DNA of 32,000 nucleotides from an uncultured Acidobacteriota bacterium (GTDB taxonomy: Bacteria > Acidobacteriota > Terriglobia > Acidiferrales > UBA7541), in contig CAWDQW010000002.1 of NCBI GenBank assembly GCA_963804545.1, positions 567,411 through 599,410 on the forward strand, given 5' to 3'. The translations under genes were made by a program, and so were the position numbers. Positions 9,083 through 18,542 of this stretch are shown in pieces; positions within the stretch are counted from its first letter, which is position 1; the number at the start of each line of letters is the position of its first letter. The notes beneath the pieces were generated by a model. It did not search any database and had not been told where the DNA came from. It worked only from the letters and a program-made list of their open reading frames with translations.

Positions 9083-9236
9083 AGTCTTCTCCGGTTCTGT
9101 CCTATCTACTCACCGCCCACTATTCACTACTCACTTGCTTCCAATGAGTTTGCTGATCGCCCAAGCCCAAGACCCGCCCTCAAAACCCGAGGACGGGCCA
9201 CCCTCCGCATAGCCAAGAGTCTGGGCAGCCCGTCCC
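9083..9236. repeat. Dispersed repeat family 1, modules b+c
   Basis: About 85-90% identical to 13063-13221. Module b also matches 25765-25820, and module c matches 18561-18632 in reverse. Confidence 0.8.
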
Positions 9237-9336
9237 AGTCTGCATCAAAGAATTTCACGGTACAATGAATGGCAATTGAAAGCGCAACGCTTGATTCCAG
9301 GGCTGGACAGTACACTGAGGCAGCGAGGAGACGAAA

Positions 9337-9780
9337 ATGCTTGCACAGAGAAATGTCCTCTTTCTCGGCTCGTTAATGCTCGTTTTGCTTGCGAGCCGTG
9401 CAGCGGCGCGGAACGAGCCGGTCCATGATGCGGATATCAACGTGATTCACTTTGAGGCACTCAAGTACCCGCATCTCGCTTGGCAAACGCGGAGCGTGGG
9501 GCTTGTGGTGATCCGCGCGAAACTAGACAAGGAAGGGAAGGTAGTCGATGCCGAGGCGATCTCGGGTAACCCAATTCTGATTCCCGACTCTCTGGAAAAC
9601 ATCAAGAAATGGCGTTTTCAGCCGAACAAGCAAGGTGCAGTCGTTATCGTATACAACTTTCGAATCCTGTCCGCCGACTGCGCCGAAGACAACCAACGGT
9701 TCTTTACACTCGAGCTTCCAAACTTTGTTACGGTATCAGCGTGCGCAATACATCTGGAGACGCAGACCTCTTCCCGGTAG
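9337..9780 (+). CDS. Secreted TonB C-terminal-like domain protein
   Basis: Signal peptide MLAQRNVLFLGSLMLVLLASRAAA. The pattern VGLVVIRAKLDKEGKVVDAEAISGNPILIPDSLENIKKWRFQP resembles the TonB_C fold. GAGGAG RBS. Confidence 0.55.
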   Translation: MLAQRNVLFLGSLMLVLLASRAAARNEPVHDADINVIHFEALKYPHLAWQTRSVGLVVIRAKLDKEGKVVDAEAISGNPILIPDSLENIKKWRFQPNKQGAVVIVYNFRILSADCAEDNQRFFTLELPNFVTVSACAIHLETQTSSR

Positions 9781-9807
9781 CGGGACGGGTGGAAGGGACT
9801 CCTAGTT

Positions 9808-10164
9808 ATGGTTGACGTATCCATTTCCAATGGCAATCTCGTGTTGCACGTGAAGGGGCTCGACAAGCTATGGTCACTCAAGAGTTCGCTCGAAATTCCG
9901 CTGGCGCACATAGTGGACATTAAGGCAGATCCAACCGTAGCGCACGGATGGTGGCACGGCCTAAGAATGCCGGGAACTAACATTCCCGGAGTCCTCACCG
10001 CCGGTACTTTTTATCAACACGGCCAAAGGGTTTTCTGGGATGTTCATAATCCGGATAACACGGTAGTGATCCAGCTGAAGGACGAGCGAGACACTGAGCT
10101 AATCGTCGAGGTCGCTGATCCGAAAGCTGCTGTGGAACTCGTCAAAACCGGATTGTCGGGTTAA
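9808..10164 (+). CDS. Hypothetical protein (118 aa)
   Basis: Clean ORF with normal composition, starting 28 nt after the previous gene. No motif I can name. Confidence 0.5.
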   Translation: MVDVSISNGNLVLHVKGLDKLWSLKSSLEIPLAHIVDIKADPTVAHGWWHGLRMPGTNIPGVLTAGTFYQHGQRVFWDVHNPDNTVVIQLKDERDTELIVEVADPKAAVELVKTGLSG

Positions 10165-10266
10165 GGGGCCGTCTCGCCAACGATATGCAGTTTTCTGTCT
10201 TTCCCTGAGTCGTCAAGAATAGGAATGTAATCTCCGACGTGGCCATCTTTCTCAAAGCGCAGGCGC

Positions 10267-10336
10267 GCGGGTGGCAGCGCCTTTATTCCAAGGTGGCCTG
10301 CCGTTTGCGCCCTTGTCTCATGCAAACGGCGGGTGG
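10267..10336. repeat. Dispersed repeat family 1, module a only
   Basis: GCGGGTGGCAGCGCCTTTATTCC..GGTGGCCTGCCGTTTGCGCCCTTGTCTCATGCAAACGG matches 12995-13060 and 25696-25765. Confidence 0.75.
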
Positions 10337-10623
10337 CGGCGTTCGCGCATGCCTGGATTAAGGAACGCTGCGGCCTGCGGCAATTCCTCTGCCGCGGCCG
10401 GCTGGAGGCCACCATGGAAGCTACGTGGGCTTGCCTGACTTGCAACTTAATGCGCTGGCTCAGCCTGCGCTGCGCGCTGCAAGCGCAGCCTGCGGTCATT
10501 GGCTGAGCGACCGGAGGTGCGACAGCGGCTAAACGGAAGGAATGCACAAGAAAGAATCGTCGAAGATCGCGCACCCGTACCGTTGCGCGCGGCGAGTTTC
10601 GCTTCTAAAGCCAATTTCTTTAC

Positions 10624-10655
10624 ACGTTCCTGCCCCCAAGTTCCTCCAAGTTCCT
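10624..10655 (+). repeat. Fragment of repeat family 2 (right arm + iterons)
   Basis: ACGTTCCTGCCCCCAAGTTCCTCCAAGTTCC resembles 16008-16036 (GAACGTTCCGTCTGCCCCCAGGTTTCCCCCAAGTTTCCC). Confidence 0.5.
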
Positions 10656-10915
10656 GCGCTCTTCCGGGCGCCACGATAGCCATCGTGGTTCACAGAAGTA
10701 TCGCTGGCAACGCCAATCTCTCCGCCAATCCCCGCGCTCCCATCTTCCCCACGCTGAGTATATCGCTGTCGGCGTATCGCACTCTTTCGTATAGACGTAG
10801 TGCGCCGCGAGCACTGGACAAGGGGTCTAAGTCCGCCAAAAGCATCTTGCAACTCCCTCTCGAACGGTCTACTATCTCTTCAATTCTCCAGCCTGCAACT
10901 CTCATGGAGGTTGCT

Positions 10916-12499
10916 ATGCTACCTGTCCCCCGTGCATCAGCCCTTCTCGTCGTGTCTGCTTTTTCAGTCTTTTCCGCAGGTTGCCGCAAAGAGCAGCACG
11001 CGGTCACCACATATCACTACGACAATATGCGGACCGGCTGGAATCACCAGGAAAAAGAACTGACGTACGACAAAGTGAAAAGTGCGCACTTCGGTTTAAT
11101 TCAAAAGGTCGTCCTGGAAGATCAGCTCGACACCCAGCCTCTCGTCGTGCCTCACGTGAATATCCCGACCGGTCCCAGCCCGGGCGTCCACGACGTCGTC
11201 TATGTCGCGACGGAAGGCGACACGGTTTACGCCATCGACGCCTCGAGCGGCGAGATCCTGCTCAGTCCGAAGCTCGGCAATCCCGTTCCTCTGCCCTTGG
11301 GATGCAACAACAACGGCCCCAACGTCGGCATTAACGGCACGCCGGTGATCGATCGCGACACGCACACTATGTTCGTGATCGTGTATGCACTCGAAGCGGG
11401 CGCGCCCGTTTATCGGCTTCATGCTCTCGACCTGAGTAGCCTTACCGACAAAATGCCATCCGTGGCTGTCAGTGCCTCGCACAAACTCACCAACGGGACG
11501 ATCTACAACTTCGACGCCAAAGTCCAGCGGCAGCGTCCCGCGCTTCTCCTCTCCAAGGGCAAGGTGTACGCCGGCTTTGGCAGCTTCTGCGATTTTTCGG
11601 CAAACGTTTCGCGCGGCTGGTTGCTCGGATGGGACGCCAATACGCTTGCCCCGCTTCCCGCAAATCAACTGGACGACACGCAAGCCACCTCTCCGAACAG
11701 TTTCTTCCTTTCCTCGATTTGGATGTCCGGCTACGGGCTCGCCGCCGACCCCGATGGCAACGTCTATTTCATCTCCGGCAACTCCGACTTCAGCGGAACC
11801 ACATACGACGGCGTGACGGACGTCCAGGAGAGCGTCGTCAAAGTCGCGCCGGATTTGAGCAAAATCCTGGATATTTTTACCCCGTCCAATTGGCCCAATC
11901 TCGACCAAACCGATAACGACTTTGGTTCAGGCGGTGCGCTCCTGATACCGCCTCAGGAGGGCGCCACGCCACACCTCGTGGCGGCGGCCGGAAAAGATGG
12001 CCGGCTCTTTATTCTTAATCGGAACGCCTTGGGTGGCTACACGCCCGGCGGGCCGGACAAAGTAGTCACGCAAGTCAGCATCGGTGGGTGTTGGTGCGGA
12101 CCGGCCTACTTTCACCAGCGCATCATCAGCAGCGGCGGCTCGACTGTAATCCTCTGGAAAATCAAAATATCGCCAAGCGTCTCATTACAACAGGAAGGCA
12201 CTTCCGCAGGCATCGGCGGCGCTCAGGATCCGGGATTCTTCACCAGCGTGAGTTCTGACGAGGAGCATCATCCCATCATTTGGGCGGTTTCCCGCCCGAA
12301 CAATCCCAGCCCGGCGGACATCTCTTTATTCGCGTTTAAGGCCGAACCAACGAGTGGCGGCACCCTCGATACATTATTCCAGGCGCCCGCCGGCAACTGG
12401 CCAAACACCAACGGCAATGCCAACCTCGTTCCGGTCGTGGTCGACGGCAAGGTCTATGTTGGAAGCAACAAACAGCTCAACATCTTCGGGATGCACTGA
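10916..12499 (+). CDS. Beta-propeller (PQQ/BamB-like repeat) lipoprotein
   Basis: Start placed at ATG 10916 (GGAGG at 10906-10910). Signal peptide with lipobox-like VFSAGC. Repeated pattern VVYVATEGDTVYAIDASSGEIL / DGKVYVGSNKQLNIF. The 5' 417 nt of the ORF-track ORF is non-coding repeat DNA. Confidence 0.75.
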   Translation: MLPVPRASALLVVSAFSVFSAGCRKEQHAVTTYHYDNMRTGWNHQEKELTYDKVKSAHFGLIQKVVLEDQLDTQPLVVPHVNIPTGPSPGVHDVVYVATEGDTVYAIDASSGEILLSPKLGNPVPLPLGCNNNGPNVGINGTPVIDRDTHTMFVIVYALEAGAPVYRLHALDLSSLTDKMPSVAVSASHKLTNGTIYNFDAKVQRQRPALLLSKGKVYAGFGSFCDFSANVSRGWLLGWDANTLAPLPANQLDDTQATSPNSFFLSSIWMSGYGLAADPDGNVYFISGNSDFSGTTYDGVTDVQESVVKVAPDLSKILDIFTPSNWPNLDQTDNDFGSGGALLIPPQEGATPHLVAAAGKDGRLFILNRNALGGYTPGGPDKVVTQVSIGGCWCGPAYFHQRIISSGGSTVILWKIKISPSVSLQQEGTSAGIGGAQDPGFFTSVSSDEEHHPIIWAVSRPNNPSPADISLFAFKAEPTSGGTLDTLFQAPAGNWPNTNGNANLVPVVVDGKVYVGSNKQLNIFGMH

Positions 12500-12514
12500 G
12501 CGCGGGAGATCATC

Positions 12515-12877
12515 ATGAAAAAGACTTTGATTTGCGCGTTCCTGGTCAGCTTTCTGTTGGGTGGCTTGCACATCGCTACTGCGCCGCGCGCAGCGGCAAA
12601 CGCACAAGAGTCGAAAGTTTCTGCGGAGCAGAGTGTTCCCCGCGAGATTTACGGGAAAATTGAGAGCGTGAAAGGGACCGTGCTCACGCTTCGCACGCGC
12701 TCCGGAGACCTCGTGCAGGTAGAAACCAAACCTTCGCAGCAGGCATATCGCTCCGCGCCTCTGGTCGTCGGCCGCGCCGTTTCGGTGAAAGGCATCGCCG
12801 ACAAAGCCGGCGTGATCCATGCCGAGGTCGTCCAGCGCGCAAAGGACTCTTCGGCGATGTGGCCGCCCGACCGCTAG
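12515..12877 (+). CDS. Small secreted hypothetical protein
   Basis: Signal peptide MKKTLICAFLVSFLLGGLHIATA. Starts 15 nt after the previous gene, with GGGAG before the ATG. Confidence 0.6.
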   Translation: MKKTLICAFLVSFLLGGLHIATAPRAAANAQESKVSAEQSVPREIYGKIESVKGTVLTLRTRSGDLVQVETKPSQQAYRSAPLVVGRAVSVKGIADKAGVIHAEVVQRAKDSSAMWPPDR

Positions 12878-12994
12878 ATGAAACATTTCTCTGAGCGCCC
12901 GGGTTTTTCTCGGCTTCGGCGTCGCGCGCATCACCACCGCGCCATGCACCGAGCGACATTCCAGGTGTGCCTAGCGTCCAACGGGCGAGGACGG

Positions 12995-13221
12995 GCGGGT
13001 GGCAGCGCCTTTATTCCCGGGTGGCCTGCCGTTTGCGCCCTTGTCTCATGGAAACCGTGGGGCACTCTTCTCCGGTTCTGTCCTATCTGCTCACCGCCCA
13101 CCATTCACTACTCACTCGCTTCCAATGATTTGCTGATCGACTAGAGCGAACCCAAACGCAAGACCCGCCGTCAATACCCGAGGACGGGGCATCCTCCGCA
13201 TAACTGAGAGTCGGGGCCACC
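12995..13221. repeat. Dispersed repeat family 1, complete copy (modules a+b+c)
   Basis: Contains all three modules found separately at 10267-10336, 9083-9236, 25696-25820 and 18561-18632. Lies between convergent gene ends. Confidence 0.85.
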
Positions 13222-13282
13222 AGGGATTTTGCGATAAGATGACCGCTCTTAGAAGCCCTCCCCTGATATCCAAGCTCGCCGT

Positions 13283-15794
13283 CTAGCGAGTCGCACCCGC
13301 TGGCGCTCCGCCGAAGTGGCGCGTCATCCGCGCAAGCAAAGCATCAAAGCGCGGGTCGCCGTGCAAATGGCTCAATCGCGGCTCCCGCGCCAAATAAACC
13401 AGCCACGGCGAGCGTTCCGCAAACGCCTGCTCCAGTAACGCGAAGGCTTGATCGTGGTCGCCGAGCGCTTCGTAAATCAATGCCAACTCATAGGGCGAAA
13501 CGTACCGTTCCGCGGATTGCGCAATGAGCCGCTCCAGCGTCCGAAGCGCATCCGCCCGATTGCCGTTGACCGCCTGCGCGTGCCCAAGAAAGCTGAGTTG
13601 CATACTCACGCCCGAGAGTTCCGCCCCTTTTCGGATGACTGCTTCTGCTTCGCCGGTCGCGCCAGCGCCTAGATGAGCCCAACCCTGAAAAATGCGATGC
13701 CACGAGAAGCCTGGATCGTTGGCCAACGCACGCCCTGATTCGCTGAGAGCTTGATCGAAGTTGTGCGCCATCACGTGGTGCCACATGAGGTGACGCCAGT
13801 GAAAAAGGATCCGCGGGATCGAGGTTCAGGTAGATTTTGCTCTCGGCCAGCGACTCCTCCATGCGTTCCGTTGCCACCAGCAGATGCGAATACCAATGGT
13901 GTGCCGGCCCGTAACGCGGATTGAGCCGGATGGCCTCCGAAAACAACCGCTCGGCCTCCGGAATCTCCCAGCGGTAGTGGAGCAGTGCGTAAGCCAGCGC
14001 CGCATGCCCCTCGGCCAGCTCTGGCTTCAGGCGAAGCGCCTGCTCCGCATACGACATCCCCTTTGAAAAACCCTCACGTGGCGGAAGCACACCGCCCTCC
14101 CAGCTCGCTAGCGTGTTGTAAGCATCCGCCAAGCCCGTGTACGCAAGGGCATACGTCGGATCGCGCTTGACCGCCTGTTCGAAGTAGGCAATTGCCTCCA
14201 TCGTGCCCGCCGGGCGTCTTCCCCAATGATGGCGGCCCTTCAAATACAGCGCGTACGCTTCCGGATCTTCCGAATGGCGCGCCGCCGAGGGGGAGCGGGC
14301 GCCCAGCAACTGTGGGCGCAGCTTGTCTACGATCGCAGCCGTGATCTCATCCTGCACTTCGAACACGTCCGTCATTTCCCGGTCGTACCGCTCGGACCAC
14401 AGGTGATGACCGTCGTTGACGTCGATCAACTGAACCGTGATCCGGAGCCGGTTACCGGCACGCCGAACACTTCCGTCGAGGATCACACCTACATTCAACC
14501 GCCGCCCAATTTCGCGAATATCCAACCCGTGCCCGCGTACGGCGGCGGCCGACGCTCGTGCGATCACCTGCAGGTCGTCATACAGACTGAGCGCGTGGAT
14601 CAGTTCCTCGGCCAGTCCGTCGCCGAATTGTTCGCCATCCCCACTCACGCTTGCAAAGGGCAACACCGCGATCGAAGAAGCCGGACTCGTGCTGGCCCTC
14701 GCCGGTTCGAGGTCGGCTCGGACGCCGCCACTGCGAAGTGCCTCGAGGAGCTCCGCCATCGACTGGTAGCGGTCCGCGACCTGTTTCCGCAGGCACCGCA
14801 GGATGATTTGTTCCAACCACACGGGAACGCGCGGCTGGACCCGCGACGGTGGCGGTGGATCATGCAACGCGATTTCGTGCATCGTCGATAGCAGACTGGA
14901 GGCCCTGAAAGGCAGCTGGCCCGTGACAGCCTCATAAAGGACCGAGCCGAAAGCAAAAATATCTGACCGCGCATCGAGCGGCTCACCGCGCGTCTGTTCG
15001 GGAGACATATAGGAAACCGTCCCCACCAACATTCCCAATACCGACTGTCCCGCATCGAGCGAATCGGCTCCCGCCGGAGTCAGCTGTTTGGCCAACCCGA
15101 AATCGAGAACCTTCACTTGGCCGTCGTTCGTGACCATAATGTTCGCGGGCTTGATGTCCCTGTGAATCAATCCCGCATCATGCGCAACCGCCAGAGCGCC
15201 GGCGAGTTGGATCGCATAAACGCCGGCCTCCGAAATCGGCAAGCCCTCGGGACGGATCAACTCCTTGAGCGTCTTACCCGCCACATATTCCATCACCAGG
15301 TAATCCACTTCGCCATCGCTCGCCATGTCGTGCAGCGTGACGATATTCGGGTGATTCAGCTTCGATGCCGCCCGCGCCTCCTGAAGGAAGCGTCTCTTTC
15401 GATCCGGATCGGCGACATGCGTCGAGGGCAGCACCTTAATCGCCACCGTCCGATGAAGTCGCGTGTCGAGGGCGCGGAACACCTGTCCCATGCCGCCGAC
15501 CCCGATTTCTTCAAGAATGCGGTAATGTCCCACCGCGATGCCCTTCAGGTCAGGCCTCGGCGCATCTGCCACCTTGACGGGCCCAACGCTGGTGGAGGTC
15601 ACCTGGCCCGCAAATGCTGGCTGGTCGATGAAGCTGGCAGAGTCGCTGTGATGAGCTAGCAGCGATTCCACCTCGCGGCGCAGTTCTGCATCACCAGCGC
15701 ACGATGCTTCAATCACAGAGCTGCGCTGGACTTCGTCCGCCTCGAGAGCCTTGTGAAAAATGCTTTCGACTTTTCCCCGTCGCTCAGGCTTCAT
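13283..15794 (-). CDS. Ser/Thr protein kinase with C-terminal TPR domain, reading frame broken at an A5/T5 run (13802-13806)
   Basis: HRDIKPANIM, DFGLAK and GTVSYMSPEQ motifs. TPR-like repeats continue in ORF 13283-13786, whereas the tail of the 768-aa ORF becomes Arg/Ser-rich nonsense after ...LNLDPADPF. Removing one T restores ADPFHWRHLMWHHVMAHNF. Confidence 0.8.
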
Positions 15795-15915
15795 CGGATT
15801 TATTTCCGCTCAGTTCGCGCCTTAGCCACGCCTTGGCCAGCCGCCAATCCCGAGGCGGGTGGATCGGACTCCCTTGAATGGTTCTTGCAACCGCTGCGAA
15901 GGATACCACCTCTAG
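15784..15915 (-). pseudogene. 3' remnant of an ECF sigma factor gene (TIGR02999-like C-terminus)
   Basis: The minus-strand frame reads ...PPRDWRLAKAWLRRELSGNKSDEA*, with its stop overlapping the kinase start (ATGAAGCCTGA). There is no room for the N-terminal ~150 aa, because a family-2 repeat starts at 15932. Confidence 0.4.
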
Positions 15916-15931
15916 AAGTTCATAAGGAGTA

Positions 15932-16036
15932 GGAAATATAGGGACAGACGGGAAGTTTTCTCATGTTTCTCTTCGCACGAATCAAAAATTACCGGGAACG
16001 TTCCGTCTGCCCCCAGGTTTCCCCCAAGTTTCCCAG
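15932..16036 (+). repeat. Repeat family 2 (MITE-like inverted-repeat element), copy A
   Basis: GGAAATATAGGGACAGACGGGAAGTTTTCTCA..TTCTCTTCGCA..ATCAAAAATTACCGGGAACGTTCCGTCTGCCCCCAGGTTTCCCCCAAGTTTCCC. Confidence 0.8.
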
Positions 16037-16042
16037 TTTGAT

Positions 16043-16495
16043 TCACCGAGGCAAAGTTGAACTGCCGAACTGCGTCTTCACACGTTTGCGCGTGAACACG
16101 AGCCACCACCACAAACTGATGGGAACCAGCGCCCAAATCGCATACTCAAGGAACGCTGGCGTGAAATCGAACCCGGGATGACGCTTGTAGATCGCTTTCT
16201 CCACTACCGCTGCACACAACGGCACGGTCGCAAGGACGAGCGTCAGCCATCTGGCCCATATTCGGCGCATTAAGAGACCGGTCGCGCTAACTGCACATAC
16301 GATAATGATGGCCAGCAATCCTCCAAAGGCGTACCAGAGGTCCGGCGGGTGGATGTATTCAACCGAATACTCGGCAATCTCGATCCGCACAGCGCGCGCA
16401 AAAAGAATCAGGCCAAGCGCAGCAATCAGAAATTGCAAAACTACGACGGCGATTACCGGCAACGTAGGTAACTTCGCGCTCGATTCATCGTTCAT
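16043..16495 (-). CDS. Hypothetical 4-TM membrane protein
   Basis: Start placed at ATG 16495 (MNDESSAKLPTLPVIAVVVLQ...). Four hydrophobic helices. Overlaps the upstream DUF1311 gene end by 24 nt, suggesting an operon. Confidence 0.6.
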   Translation of the reverse strand: MNDESSAKLPTLPVIAVVVLQFLIAALGLILFARAVRIEIAEYSVEYIHPPDLWYAFGGLLAIIIVCAVSATGLLMRRIWARWLTLVLATVPLCAAVVEKAIYKRHPGFDFTPAFLEYAIWALVPISLWWWLVFTRKRVKTQFGSSTLPR

Positions 16496-16517
16496 TCTTA
16501 TTCTTCCTGCTGTTCCG

Positions 16518-17120
16518 TTAGAGATGCAGTTCTCCGCCATAGATCATGTTGAGCTCACGCATGTGGTCGCGCGTCAGCTTTACCTTGCACTCCAGTTGGA
16601 AGCTCGGTCCGCCCGTGCCGCCCCCGAACTGGTGGAAGGCAGCCGAGCAGGCGACTTCGCGGTATTGCTCCCAGCTTTGCTCCACGCGCTCGAACTCGCG
16701 CTCGAACTCTGGAGACGAGAGCACCGGTCCGGCTATCCCGTTCGCCGGTAGATTCGTCTCAACCGCTGGTTGCCCCGACACTTGCGGAGGCGCAGCGATC
16801 AGTCCCCGGATGAAGCCTTCATAGCTCTTCAGGTTCTGGTCAGTGATGGTTAACTGTTTTCCGTAGCAAAGGTTGAAGTCGTAGTCGGATTGAGCGTCAG
16901 GGCAGTCTCCCGCCTTCTCGCGGGCCATTTCCGTGTCGAAAACTTGTTTTGCTTGGGTTTGCAGACCACGGTGCTGCACCAAATACTGACGATAGACTTC
17001 CTGCTCGGGAGTTGGACCTTTCTTAGGGATTGCCGGATCTTCCTGACCGAGGATGAGCAGCGGAAGTGCAAAGCCGGCGCACAGCGTCGCAGCCCACCTA
17101 CGACCATTTCCCGCATGCAT
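16518..17120 (-). CDS. Secreted DUF1311 (LprI-like) protein
   Basis: Start at ATG 17120 (GGAGG upstream) gives signal peptide MHAGNGRRWAATLCAGFALPLLILG. DUF1311-like segments: CPDAQSDYDFNLCYGKQL... and EQSWEQYREVACSAAFHQFGGGTGGP...C. The ORF-track extension to 17375 runs into the IS. Confidence 0.7.
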   Translation of the reverse strand: MHAGNGRRWAATLCAGFALPLLILGQEDPAIPKKGPTPEQEVYRQYLVQHRGLQTQAKQVFDTEMAREKAGDCPDAQSDYDFNLCYGKQLTITDQNLKSYEGFIRGLIAAPPQVSGQPAVETNLPANGIAGPVLSSPEFEREFERVEQSWEQYREVACSAAFHQFGGGTGGPSFQLECKVKLTRDHMRELNMIYGGELHL

Positions 17121-17258
17121 AGGAACCTCCCTTTTAGCTCGGCTTCGTCCGAATTCTACCACTCTGCCGCGGACTGATTGGATGACGTTGTCGGCTCCTT
17201 CCACCGAGTAAACTTGGTAGCTGTTCGACGACCAAGGCTCGGAAAAAGGAGCCGAGCG

Positions 17259-18324
17259 ATGTTGATTATAGGATGTGATTTCCATACACGCTATCAGCAG
17301 ATTGCCATGGCCAGAGAAGAAACCGCAGAGATGCTTGTGGAGCGCCGATTGGACCACGAAAGCGGCGAAGCTCACGCGTTCTACCGGGGTTTGCAGAGTT
17401 CACAAGAACCAGTCCGCGTGGGCATCGAAGTCGACCGGCCCCATTCACTGGTTCGAGCGTTTGCTCACCGAGCTCGGCCACGAACTGTGGATCGGAGACT
17501 CCGCGAAGATTCGCGCCAGTGAAGTGCGCAAACAGAAGACCGATGAGCGCGACGCCCGGCTCATTCTCGATCTCTTGCTAGCGGAACGCTTCCCGAAAAT
17601 CTGGGTTCCCACACCGGCCGAACGCGATCTCCGACAGTTGCTCTGGCACCGTCACAAGCTCGTGTGCTTGCGCACCATGCTGGGCAACCAGCTGCACGCG
17701 CTGGCTATGAGCGAAGGGCTGTGTCGCAAGGGCAAGCTGTTCACCAAGAAGGGCCGCGTGGAACTCCAGCAGGTGGGGCTGGCTCCCTGGGCCAGCCGCC
17801 GGCGTGAAGAACTTCTGAAACTGCTCGAGCAACTCGAAGCCCCGATCGCGGAGTTGGATCGCGCCGTTCTGGAGCAAGCCCAGCGCCGCGAAGATGCCGT
17901 TTCCTTGATGACCCATCCCGGCATCGGACCGGTTACATCTCTGGCGTTTGTGCTGGCCATCGGTCCGGTAACTCGTTTTTCTTGCAGCAGAAAGATCGCG
18001 AGTTATCTGGGGTTGAACCCGACGGAGGACTCCAGCGGCGGGCGACGGCGGCTCGGAGGCATCAGCAAACAGGGCAACACCATGGTGCGTTGGCTGCTGA
18101 TCGAGGCCGTGTATCCCGCCGTGCGGAAGGATCCCGCGCTGCGGCAGGACTATCAACGATTGAAATTCCGTAGAGGACACGCGGTGGCCAAAGTGGCCAT
18201 TGCGCGCAAGTTGGCTGTGCGTATGTACTGGATGCTCCGCAGTAGAGCAAATTACGCGCAGCTGGTTCGCAGGCAAGGCAGCCCGGGGGCCACCCTGGTG
18301 GACGCGAGTCCATCGCTAGGCTGA
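17259..18324 (+). pseudogene. IS110-family DEDD transposase, frameshifted near 17430
   Basis: The N-terminus MLIIGCDFHTRYQQIA...VRVGIE is in frame 3 (AAGGAG RBS at 17246-17251). It continues as STGPIHWFERLLTELGHELWIGD...KTDERDARLILDLL...GISKQGN in the 17275-18324 frame. One extra nt lies between GAA and TCG. Confidence 0.85.
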
Positions 18325-18542
18325 TTGGGCGCCTTGCTCCCGCGAGCGATCGCGGGGTCTGAAAAATGAATCATGGTGCCTCTTAGGGGAGACCGAATAG
18401 ATGGTTGGTGGAACCAGAATCCACCGCAAGATTCACGCAGCGAGCCTTGGTCGAAATGAAGGAAAAGGAAAGAGAAAAGATCCTTATAGGTGAAGAGAAA
18501 AACGAACCCTCGCGGCTCGTGAACCCGAGGTGTTTCTTGACA
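18325..18542 (+). ncRNA. Candidate seek/bridge RNA region in the IS 3' non-coding end
   Basis: Position only: a long non-coding right end is characteristic of IS1111-type elements. Local hairpins: CCCGCGA-GCGA-TCGCGGG at 18340-18357 and GGTGGA..TCCACC at 18407-18425. No covariance evidence. Confidence 0.3.

Noticed and set aside
10161-10574. 137-aa minus-strand ORF and the 5' 417 nt of ORF 10499-12499
   Set aside because: Both run through repeat fragments and have Arg/Ala-rich nonsense composition. The lipoprotein has a proper RBS and signal peptide at 10916. Only the last ~30 codons of the minus-strand ORF look protein-like, and these are noted as a possible gene scar.
15912-16136. ORF-track ORFs lying on repeat elements: 15912-16136, 15963-16181, 22746-23114, 22940-23194, 23854-24450, 24009-24203, 24104-24364, 8951-9268, 12878-13144, and the 5' part of 24402-24974
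   Set aside because: Their sequences are translations of family-1 and family-2 repeats and iterons (for example SPGFSRVSPGFS and MGNMGTGGKFP). They lack RBSs, and the same DNA recurs in non-coding contexts and in both orientations.
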